Assembly: GCA_964012805.1 (NCBI GenBank)
Contig: CAXGUD010000081.1
Span: forward strand, 1-10,400
Reading direction: 5' to 3'
Source: an uncultured Bacteriovoracaceae bacterium
GTDB taxonomy: Bacteria; Bdellovibrionota; Bacteriovoracia; Bacteriovoracales; Bacteriovoracaceae
Length of the DNA: 10,400 nucleotides
The notes under the pieces: generated by a model
Told to the model about the DNA's origin: nothing
The model's input: only the letters and a program-made list of their open reading frames with translations
The model's database searches: none
Translations under genes and position numbers: made by a program
Shown: piece by piece, positions 1 through 8,800 of the stretch
Position numbering within the stretch: position 1 is the stretch's first letter
Layout: the number at the start of each line of letters is the position of its first letter

Positions 1-1832
1 CTGTTTTCATTTGATGAAATTTGTGTCCATAAACTCCTCGTTTGCCTTTTTAAATTTCCTTCATACATATTCACGTGGGCATGAAGGACTTCACCAGTTT
101 CAGGGTGGACAACATTAGGACCATAACCTAAAAGCCCATTGCCTAAACTTGGTCTTATTAAGGCAATCGTGTTGTATCTAATGTCACCAGATAAAGCTCC
201 TCTGGATTCTATTTTTCCTTCTGCCTTTTCTTGGCAATCTCTATCTTCAAAATAGGTAGTTGTTTTATTATTTTTTAACTTTATTTTAGGCTTACATAGG
301 TGAATTAAGAAAGGAGCCTCTGCAATTTTTAACCCTTCATTTAAACTGTCAACTGCTTCAACTGTAATGTCTTTTAAAGAGGGAATGGTTTCATTTCCTG
401 TACGTTCTCTTTTCGCAACTATCTCTTTTTCTTCTTCAATATAGGAATTTGTTAAAAAATAGTATATTCTATTTTTCTTTCGGTTTGGATTCCACCTTGA
501 AAGAAAACTTGTTTTAGATCTTCTTTTAAACTCACCCTCGGGGTTAAGTTTTTCTACGGTGGTATCAAAAAAACCAAAAAATTTTCTATCAAAGGCGGGG
601 TAGAGAACAGGTTTGTACCTTAAGGCCTTATTTTTTGGAATAAATTTATCAAGTGCGACTAAAGAATAGAAATGTCTTACATTAAAAGAAAAGTGCCTCA
701 TCCTCGTTGTCCAATAACTATTAAGACACGCTGAGGATAAATTATTTATTTTAATATTTTTTTCTAACTCTATGTTGATGACCCCTTTTTTTAAGGTATG
801 AGAAATATATTGAGTATTATTTCCCTGACTCCAGCATCCATCTGACTTTAAATGTTGAAGGTCTAGAAGGTTTTTTTCGTGTATGCGAAGTCCTTTTAAA
901 TTCGGAATAAAAAATCTTTTTGATTTCCATTCTTTAGACGAGTCTTGACCAGGTCCGTAGGTAGGTAAACAGTAGTTTTGACGACTTTTTTTGCAGCTTA
1001 TATGAACATAACGGCCAGGAATTGTCATGACTGGAGTTTCATCAAGTGATGGTCTTTTTTTAAAAACTGGTTTAAAAAATTCTTTCTTTGGATCTATGTT
1101 ATAAACTTCTATTCCATTTTCAGACAGACCCAATTGAACAATCTTTTCCTGGCCTTGAAAGAAAGGACTGGTTTGAGCGATATCCCTAGGTGCACCCAAC
1201 GTTGAGGGAACGTAGATATAACGTTTTGTAAGGTCCAGATCTGTTTCTAAATCTATAATACTTTTTTTATCGACTGCCGTAAGGCCCTCTACCTTTATTT
1301 CAATCCGTTCTTCCTCTTTTGTTCCTAGCTTTACATGAGTTGAATTTTGTTTTCCCATGTCTTTAAAAGAGTAGATATTGGTTTTTTCGTTTAGGTTATT
1401 TTTTGTCCTTTCAAAAATACCAAACCCTTTTATAGGTAAATAAAAAAGAGGAACTCTAAGCTTATTGTTTTTTCTACTCAAGAGAAGTCTTTCTTCAAAG
1501 TAGAGTTTTTTGTCCTCTTCAATTTCTCTGTAAGCAATTATGTATTGAGGGGTAATCTCAAATTGAACTTTAATTTTTTCGTTTTTTTCCCTAGACTTTA
1601 GTTCAAAACCTTTGAATATCTTTTTTAATTTTTCTTCTCCCTCATCAAATATAACCTGCCTTTTGGTTTGGTCTTTTTTTGAAACGTTAGAAGTTCTTAG
1701 CAAAACTTCCTTATCAAAGAGTCTTAAATTAAAATAATCTCTTTTGTAGTTTTCTGGGTACTTATCTTCTGGCTTTTTGGCACAAGAAAAGCCTAATAAT
1801 AGAATTAGAGTTAATATGACAATTTTCTTCAT
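1..1832 (-). CDS. Lipoprotein zinc-dependent metalloprotease family protein (EcxA/DUF5117-DUF4953-like), 3' end truncated by window edge
   Basis: Manual translation gives 610 stop-free codons from ATG at 1832 to the window edge (in-frame alternative ATG at 1841). The N-terminus MKKIVILTLILLLGFSC is a lipoprotein signal with Cys17. Family-type motifs: YPAFDRKFFGFF, FLSRWNP, GDIRYNTI, GLLGYGPNVVHPETGEVLHAHVNMY. The HExxH zinc motif is expected beyond the edge and is not visible here. Confidence 0.85.
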   Translation of the reverse strand, partial: MKKIVILTLILLLGFSCAKKPEDKYPENYKRDYFNLRLFDKEVLLRTSNVSKKDQTKRQVIFDEGEEKLKKIFKGFELKSREKNEKIKVQFEITPQYIIAYREIEEDKKLYFEERLLLSRKNNKLRVPLFYLPIKGFGIFERTKNNLNEKTNIYSFKDMGKQNSTHVKLGTKEEERIEIKVEGLTAVDKKSIIDLETDLDLTKRYIYVPSTLGAPRDIAQTSPFFQGQEKIVQLGLSENGIEVYNIDPKKEFFKPVFKKRPSLDETPVMTIPGRYVHISCKKSRQNYCLPTYGPGQDSSKEWKSKRFFIPNLKGLRIHEKNLLDLQHLKSDGCWSQGNNTQYISHTLKKGVINIELEKNIKINNLSSACLNSYWTTRMRHFSFNVRHFYSLVALDKFIPKNKALRYKPVLYPAFDRKFFGFFDTTVEKLNPEGEFKRRSKTSFLSRWNPNRKKNRIYYFLTNSYIEEEKEIVAKRERTGNETIPSLKDITVEAVDSLNEGLKIAEAPFLIHLCKPKIKLKNNKTTTYFEDRDCQEKAEGKIESRGALSGDIRYNTIALIRPSLGNGLLGYGPNVVHPETGEVLHAHVNMYEGNLKRQTRSLWTQISSNEN

Positions 1833-2129
1833 AAACCCCATTTTGTTGGACAAATCATATTAAACCTATCGGTTAAAAGCTGGATTTAATTACTTAAATA
1901 ATCGCCGAAAATAAAAGACGTTTAATCTTTAAAAGGTATCGTTAAATCAAAGAAATCATACTTATTTTAAATAAATTTTATATATTTTTAATTAATTAAA
2001 AAATGTTTTGAAAGTCATGGTTAGAACTTTAAGAGTGCGTTATATAACGAGAATTATTTACTGAGCTCCATTTACAAAAACGCTAGGAAAGCTTAAGTTT
2101 TCCGTAATTCAAAAGAAGGGGTTTAGAGT

Positions 2130-3455
2130 ATGAAAGAGTGCATTAATTTTTTGTTTTTCCTAATTTTTTGTTCAAATGCTTTCTCGGCAGAATTCTTTTT
2201 TACGTCTTCTCCAACAGGAAAAGGTAAAATCGCAAATAAAATAAAGTTTTCAAATTCTATGACAGGGCTTTCCCACACAGCTATTTATCTTCCTCTTGCT
2301 TGTCACGACAAAAGAAATAAAGAAAGGCCTAACTTGATTCGCCTATGCACTGATGGTGATTTAGAAAAAGGTCTTGTCGTTTCATTTGACTTTACCCTCC
2401 AAAATGAGCTCAATTTATTTTTTATGGCGCTTAAAAGGAGTGAATTTTTTTATGGAACTTATAAAAAGGGGAGTTTGCCAGCGACTCTTTCAAAGAGTGA
2501 CATTTCCAAAATGGACTTGGACCTTATTAATAAGTATAGCTACCTAAAGGATGAAAAAAACTTCAAAAAGCAATTAAATAAGCTAGCTGTACTAGGTCTA
2601 GAAAGTAGCATTGCCTCTAAAATAATGAATAAATTACTTGATAGAACCCCCTCTAAATCTAATTTGAGTGTTATCTTAGAGCAATTAAATATCAAGTTGA
2701 GTTTAAAAAAGAGAAAAAAAATCCTTGAAGTTGCGAATTATATTTTTAAGAAAAAGATTACAAAGTCAGGGTTATCCAGGCGTTCAGTAAGTTGGGGGAT
2801 CTCTTACTACAAAAGTGTATGGTCTGTTGAATACCCAACAACCAGAAAAGAGGAAAAGTTGATCATTGATTATATAAATGCTCAGTGGAGGAATAAAAAG
2901 GCCAATCTTGTTAGTTATAATTGTGTAACCCCCATCATGGCGATTGCAAGGATTTTGTTTGGTGAAAGGCCAAAAAGGCCATCTTTGGTATCTCTTCCAT
3001 ATCCTTTATTAAAAAAAGTTGTCTCCAAAGTATTTGAAGATAAAAGGTTTAAGCGAAAAAATAGCTATATGAAATTTTACCCAAAGCTAGAGACCGAGAT
3101 TTCTGAATATACTTATCCTCTACCTACATCTTTTACCCAAGAACCTGGCATGGTGCGTTTTTTTAAAAAATACCAAGGGCGTTTTAATAATAATATTAAT
3201 TTAGATTTGGGTTTAATAAATAAAGCAGAAAAATTTAAAAATTTGGGTCTTTTGAAAGAACTTTATAAGAGAAGAGACCTTATATTTAAAATGGAGAAAG
3301 AGCTTAACCTGATGCTTATAAAATTTGATAATGATCAAATAAACAACAACGGTGTTACGTGGAACGATATTCTTAAAATTAAAAGAGCAAAAAGAAAAAT
3401 TTTAATCCAATACAAAATCTATAAAAATAAGTATTCCCTTTTGACTCGCAATTGA
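2130..3455 (+). CDS. Secreted hypothetical protein, putative permuted papain-like (DUF4105/Lnb/PPPDE-like) His-Cys enzyme
   Basis: 441 aa ORF with a purine-rich RBS (AAGGGG) upstream and a Sec-like signal ending NAFSA. Motifs GLSHTAIYL (His49) and ANLVSYNCVT (Cys265) occur in His-before-Cys order. The ORF is solid; the function is inferred. Confidence 0.6.
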   Translation: MKECINFLFFLIFCSNAFSAEFFFTSSPTGKGKIANKIKFSNSMTGLSHTAIYLPLACHDKRNKERPNLIRLCTDGDLEKGLVVSFDFTLQNELNLFFMALKRSEFFYGTYKKGSLPATLSKSDISKMDLDLINKYSYLKDEKNFKKQLNKLAVLGLESSIASKIMNKLLDRTPSKSNLSVILEQLNIKLSLKKRKKILEVANYIFKKKITKSGLSRRSVSWGISYYKSVWSVEYPTTRKEEKLIIDYINAQWRNKKANLVSYNCVTPIMAIARILFGERPKRPSLVSLPYPLLKKVVSKVFEDKRFKRKNSYMKFYPKLETEISEYTYPLPTSFTQEPGMVRFFKKYQGRFNNNINLDLGLINKAEKFKNLGLLKELYKRRDLIFKMEKELNLMLIKFDNDQINNNGVTWNDILKIKRAKRKILIQYKIYKNKYSLLTRN

Positions 3456-3507
3456 ATTATTATTTTAAACTTAATCAGCTCCTCACATATAAAAGGGAAT
3501 ATAATAG

Positions 3508-4155
3508 ATGGAAGTTTTGGAAAAAGTCCTAGAGGACATACAGTCCATTGCAAATAAGGCCATTATGAAAGATGGTCATTTCCTTTTTGGAGTAACAGGC
3601 GGCACTTCAACTCGCTCTATATATCAAAATTTAGCGAAAGTTGCTTCAGACTTTTCTAAATGGAAGGTCGTCTTATTAGATGAAAGATGGGTTAAAGTTG
3701 ACCACGAAGACTCTAATCAAAACCAAATTATATCTTCTTTCCTCGTTCTTCCAGGCTTTAAGAAGGACTCTTTTTTTGGTTTCCACCACGAGTCATCTCA
3801 GTACCCTGATAAAGAAAAAACAGATCAGCTTCTTCAAAAAATAGGGCATTGCCACCTTTCCTTGCTAGGTGTTGGAGAGGATGGGCATATTTGCGGTCTT
3901 TTTCCCCAAGGCCTAAAGGTTGATAAAGAAAATAATTCTCTGACTATTATAACCGAAAATTCACCAAAGCCCCCTTCTCCAAGAATCTCTGTTTCCTATT
4001 CTTATTTACAAAAAAGTGACAAAATATTCTTTCTTGTATTTGGTCCTTCAAAGGCCCATCTGTTAAAAAAAGAAGTCTTAGATTCTCAAATATACCCTTT
4101 TTCATACTTAAAGAAGTCTTCAAAGAATAGTCTTTTTACTGATCAAACGGCCTAG
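3508..4155 (+). CDS. pgl: 6-phosphogluconolactonase (glucosamine/galactosamine-6-phosphate isomerase fold, DevB/Pgl type)
   Basis: Motifs TGGTST, LLDERWV...DSN, LLGVGEDGHICGLFP, NSPKPPSPRIS and GPSKA. AAGGGA RBS upstream. Confidence 0.9.
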   Translation: MEVLEKVLEDIQSIANKAIMKDGHFLFGVTGGTSTRSIYQNLAKVASDFSKWKVVLLDERWVKVDHEDSNQNQIISSFLVLPGFKKDSFFGFHHESSQYPDKEKTDQLLQKIGHCHLSLLGVGEDGHICGLFPQGLKVDKENNSLTIITENSPKPPSPRISVSYSYLQKSDKIFFLVFGPSKAHLLKKEVLDSQIYPFSYLKKSSKNSLFTDQTA

Positions 4156-4958
4156 AAGTTATAAAAGAAAGTTAGAGACATTAATGCTTTTTGTGCATCA
4201 AATAACTTAACATTAAGGTCTCCATTGTAATCATTCACTTCTCCACCATTACTTAGATTTATTTGACCCATTAGACGTTTTGTTATGGGAAGGGAGTAGC
4301 TGCTTTCAAAGGTGTAGCGGTCTGTTTCAGTGCCTCCATAAGTTATCAATTTAAGAAAACTTCCTTTTAAGGAGAAAGATCCTTTGTTTTTTATTTGATA
4401 AGTTCCTCCACTTGAAATTGACCAAATAGAAGAGTTATTTGAAAGCCCATCAATATTTGTATTAGATATATGAAAGTTTTTAGTTAGACCTGGTGTCACG
4501 GAAAGGGATAATTCAGGCATATTTTTTAGTTTATAAGTAAGGGTAGGGGAAAAAGTAATTTTTGTCTGAAGGTAGGTTCTTTCTCTTGAGTTCTTGCTGT
4601 AGGGAAGACCAATTCCTAAGTGAGTTTTTAATGAATAACCATCCTTATTTTTAAAAAAACTATAGCTAAGACCTAAACTTCCATCGAGGTAATTAAACTC
4701 TTTATTACCGGAAAATGATTTTATAAACGGTAAACTGAGGGTTATGGATGATTTTTTATTTAATTTATAATTGATGCCAAGGCCAAGGATGAGGTTTATA
4801 CTCTTGTCTGGTTGATCAAATTCTTTAAAATCCGTTTCCAGTTTGGAAAACATCGAAAACGAAAGGGGCATTTCCTTTGAGTGGACCCAATGGACACCAA
4901 CAAAAAGGCCTAAGGTTATGGCCAAAAGAGTTTTTAATAAAGTTGAAAAGGGTCTCAT
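4152..4958 (-). CDS. Putative outer-membrane beta-barrel protein (unknown function)
   Basis: 268 aa with an N-terminal signal peptide, many alternating hydrophobic/polar segments (LILGLGINYKL, GSLGLSYSF, YTFESSYSLPI) and a C-terminal aromatic beta-signal (SLTFFYNF). Confidence 0.7.
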   Translation of the reverse strand: MRPFSTLLKTLLAITLGLFVGVHWVHSKEMPLSFSMFSKLETDFKEFDQPDKSINLILGLGINYKLNKKSSITLSLPFIKSFSGNKEFNYLDGSLGLSYSFFKNKDGYSLKTHLGIGLPYSKNSRERTYLQTKITFSPTLTYKLKNMPELSLSVTPGLTKNFHISNTNIDGLSNNSSIWSISSGGTYQIKNKGSFSLKGSFLKLITYGGTETDRYTFESSYSLPITKRLMGQINLSNGGEVNDYNGDLNVKLFDAQKALMSLTFFYNF

Positions 4959-5200
4959 GACTATTTTTTCGGATATATTTTAAAGTACGGTAAATATGGA
5001 GGTTTTAATAAAAAATAAGGAAATAATTGTCCCTTATTGTAAAGCGTTGGCGATTTCCTGATCTTGGTCTTGAATTAGACAAAGTTTCGATAGGGATAAA
5101 AGCTCATTTTCTTATTAATTATATAGTGTAAACTTATACTTGAACATTTTGGTTAATAGGACTTTTTAAAAACTAGTATTATTAAGGGAATTTAAGACAT

Positions 5201-5746
5201 ATGAAAGATAAAACGATGAAAGCTTTTGGCCTTTTTTCTATATTACTTTTAATTTTTCTGGAGTCCTCATTTGGAAAAACTGAAACCGTTTACTCATTTG
5301 AGGTTGAGAGAATTACGGGACAAAAGTTGCCCCTTAAAAAAATGGAAGGCAGACCCATCCTTATTGTGAATATCGCAACTCGGTGTGGATATACACCCCA
5401 ACTAAAGGCCCTTCAGGCGCTTAATACGCAATTTGCACCAAAAGGACTGGTTATTTTGGGCGTTCCCTCAAACGACTTTGGTGGGCAAACGCCACAGGGC
5501 AATAAGGAAGTAAAAAAGTTCTGCCAAGACAGTTATGGCGTGACCTTTCCTCTAACATCCAAAATGATTGTATCTGGTGTTAAAAAACACTCACTCTTTC
5601 AATTTCTCACAAAAGCTGAGGGCGAAATCAGTTGGAACTTTGAAAAGTTTCTCATCGATAGAAAGGGAAATCTTGTGAAAAGGTTCCGCTCTGGCCAAAA
5701 CCCCTTGGGAAAAGACTTAGTTAACTCCTTGGAAAAATTGTTTTAG
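5201..5746 (+). CDS. Glutathione peroxidase family protein (Cys-type, BtuE/GpxA-like) with N-terminal signal peptide
   Basis: Motifs IVNIATRCGYTPQ (Cys62, TGT codon), GVPSNDFGGQ, FCQDSYGVTFP and ISWNFEKFLID. The start could be ATG 5201 or ATG 5216. Confidence 0.95.
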   Translation: MKDKTMKAFGLFSILLLIFLESSFGKTETVYSFEVERITGQKLPLKKMEGRPILIVNIATRCGYTPQLKALQALNTQFAPKGLVILGVPSNDFGGQTPQGNKEVKKFCQDSYGVTFPLTSKMIVSGVKKHSLFQFLTKAEGEISWNFEKFLIDRKGNLVKRFRSGQNPLGKDLVNSLEKLF

Positions 5747-5889
5747 TTAGATACCAAATCAAGTCAAAAAGCTCTGGAGTCTTAAACGGAAAAAAATTCC
5801 GTCAACCCTTTTTATAATTTCTTTTATCCATCAAATGATTTTTTATTTCGAAAGGGATTCTGTAAGACCTTTCTTAAAAGATATTGTTT

Positions 5890-8800
5890 ATGGAAAAAAT
5901 CATAAAATTTTTTGCAACAAAAACGCTTTTTTCAAATATTATTTTTGTCAGTGTTTTTATATTAGGCGTCTTTTCGTGGATAAATATTGGAAAGGAGGAG
6001 ATGCCCTCTTTTGAAAGTGATTGGGTGAGGGTTAACGCTGTTTACCCTGGGGCTTCATCTGAAGACGTTGAGACATTGGTTACTCGACCTTTAGAAGATG
6101 AGTTAAGAGGTCTTCAAGGAATAGAGGAAGTAAATTCTACCTCGAGTCCTGGTGTTTCTTCAGTAGGAGTAACGCTTCGAAGTGACTATCCAGATAAAAA
6201 GGAAGTTGTTCAAAATATCAAAGACGTTATTTTAGGTACTAAACTCCCAGCTGATGTAGAGAAGCCTTCAATCCGACAATTTAAATCGAGTGAGAAGGCC
6301 ATAATTGATATAGGCATCTATATTCAAGGCAGCAAAATCCTTACAGACTTGGAAAGGAAGAGGCTTCAAGAACAGGTCAACTCTCTAGAAAACCAGCTTG
6401 TTAATTTAAAGGAAATAAGTTCTGTCTCAAAAGGAGGATATTTACCTCCTGAAATAAAAGTGATAGTTAATCCAAAAAAATTACAAAGATACCAAATCTC
6501 TCTGAATCAAGTTTATACCAAATTAAGGTCAAATCATTATAGGATCCCTCTTGGACAGATAAAAAACAAAGAAGAAAGTCGGGTTGTTGTTGTCCAAGAA
6601 CTTGGAAACAAAGAGGCCCTTGAAAATGTTGTTATAAGAAGAAACTATCAAGGAAAGACGGTTACACTAAAAGATTTGGCAACGATTCGTGAAACCTATC
6701 GAGAAAGACGCTCAGTAAGGAAGATACAAGGGCATGAAGCCGTTACATTTTCAGTTAGAAAAAGTATCTCAAGTGATATTTTAAAGGCCAGAGAAAAAGT
6801 TTTTGAGGTTGTTAAGATGTTTAGGGCACGGAATAAAGAAGGCCCTATCAAAATCAAACTTATGGACGATGAGTCCTACGATGTCACGAACCGTTTGGGA
6901 CTCATTTCAAGTAATGGTCTATTAGGTTTTCTTTTTATTCTTCTTTTTCTTTTTTTGGCGCTTGATTTTAAAACGGGATTTTGGGTAGCTTGCGGTATTC
7001 CTTTTTCATTGGCCGTCAGTATAACTCTTGCCCATATTATTGGTTATACCGTTAACAATGTAACGTTAGCAGCAATCATTATTTTAATGGGCGTTGTGGT
7101 GGATGATGCCATTATTGTGGCCGAAAATATTGAGCGTAAAATTGAATCGGGTGAAGGGCCTTTAGAAGCAGCTGTACAAGGTTCGAGAGAAGTTTTCAAA
7201 CCGATTCTTGCCTCCATTCTCACAACTTGTGTGGCCTTCATCCCTCTTTTTTACTTCCAAGGCTTTTTTGGGAAACTAGTTTCGTATATTCCTTTAATCA
7301 TTGTCTTTATGCTGTTTGGAAGTCTTATCGAATCATATTTCGTTCTTCCAAATCACCTTATCTATAAATCTCATTTTCTTTCAAAAGTCTTAGATAAATT
7401 AAGGTTTAAAAGAAAACAAAGAGTTCCTTCACTTAAAGAGGGTGAGCAAGAAAAAAAGGAAAGAAGATTTCATAAGTGGGAAATACGGTACAAAAACTTT
7501 CTTGAAAAATGCCTTAATTATAAATCCCTCCTCCTTCTCTTTTTTATAGGGATTTTAGGGTCAAGTATTTATTTTTATAAGGCAAAGCTTAAATTTGTTA
7601 TGTTTCCTAGGGAGGAGGCCAAAGAAATTTATGTAAGAGCTACAGCTAAGGAAAACTTAAACCGCCTTGAAATGGCGTCTTTTATAAATGAACTTGAAAA
7701 TATATTTTTACAAGATAAAACAAAGTCTGTTGTTGCAGTAAGAAGTAGGGTGGGCGTAAGCCGAAGGGGAGGGCAAGCGCGGGAAAACAGCGTTTTTATG
7801 CGCGTGGAAATCTTACCCCTTGGAAAAAGGAAGGTTAAATTAAGAAGCCTCATCAAAAAGTGGGAAAAGACGGCAAAGGGCCTAAAGGGTTTTAAGCAAG
7901 TGAGGTTTATTAAGCATAGGTGGGGAAGAAGTAGTGGAAGTCCCATTGAAATAAGGATACAGGAAAATAACGATGAAAAAAGAAAAAAGCTTGCAGACTT
8001 ATTAAAAACTGAGATGGAAAGAAGAGTAGATATTGGAAACGTTGAATTAGAGAGACCTCTTTTGAAAAAAGAATACCTTTTTAAAATTAATCAAAAGGAA
8101 ATGACAAGGTTAAAAGTGAGCCCGTCTCAGTTGACTAATGTTCTTCGTTCCTTTGTTGGTGGTGTTAATCTCTTTGATATTACAAGGGAAGAGGAGACAG
8201 TTGAAGTCAAAATGTTGATCGAAGATGGTTTTAACCAAGACATCGAAAATATCTACAAAGTAAAAGTAACCAATGCCCAAGGTTCACTCATATCACTTAA
8301 AAGAATTTTAGAAATAGAAGAAAGAAAAAAGCCTCTTAGTATTGATCGAGTTAATTTCAAAAGAACAACGATGCTTTATGCGGATCTCAAAAAAGGAGTC
8401 GAGGTAACACCTCTTGAAATCGCTGAAGATGTTGAAAAAAAGACTTTCCCTGTTTTAGGGAGTCAGTTCCCAGCTTCTCTTTTGTCATTCGTAGGCGAAG
8501 TTAAGGACTCAAGAGACTCCAGAAATGATTTTAAAATTTCAATTCTTTTAGTGGCCTTAATGACTTATTTTATTTTAGTCATTCTTTTTAATTCCTTGGC
8601 CATTCCTCTGGTAATCGTTTCTATAATTCCTTTTGGAATGGCAGGAATTATTTTTGTTCTTCTTATTCATAAAATGTCCATGTATGGCTTCTTTTCAATT
8701 ATTGGTACTTTGGGGATGATGGGAGTCGTGATCAATGATGCTATTGTTATGATTTCAAAAATTGAGAATCTTGTAAAAAAAGAAGGTGAGGCCTCATTAA

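Noticed and set aside
1985..2002. Perfect 18-bp palindrome TTTTTAATTAATTAAAAA
   Set aside because: Pure A/T low complexity in a very AT-rich intergenic region; could be an operator but cannot be told from chance.
5384..5386. Possible selenocysteine in the glutathione peroxidase
   Set aside because: The active-site codon is TGT (Cys), not TGA.
5786..5802. Inverted repeat ACGGAA-N5-TTCCGT between GPx and RND
   Set aside because: Only a 6-bp stem and the T tract is not adjacent; too weak to call as terminator or operator.
7044..7241. 65-aa - strand ORF
   Set aside because: Antisense shadow wholly inside the conserved RND gene; no recognisable motifs.
7629..7946. 105-aa - strand ORF
   Set aside because: Antisense shadow of the RND gene; no independent evidence of coding.
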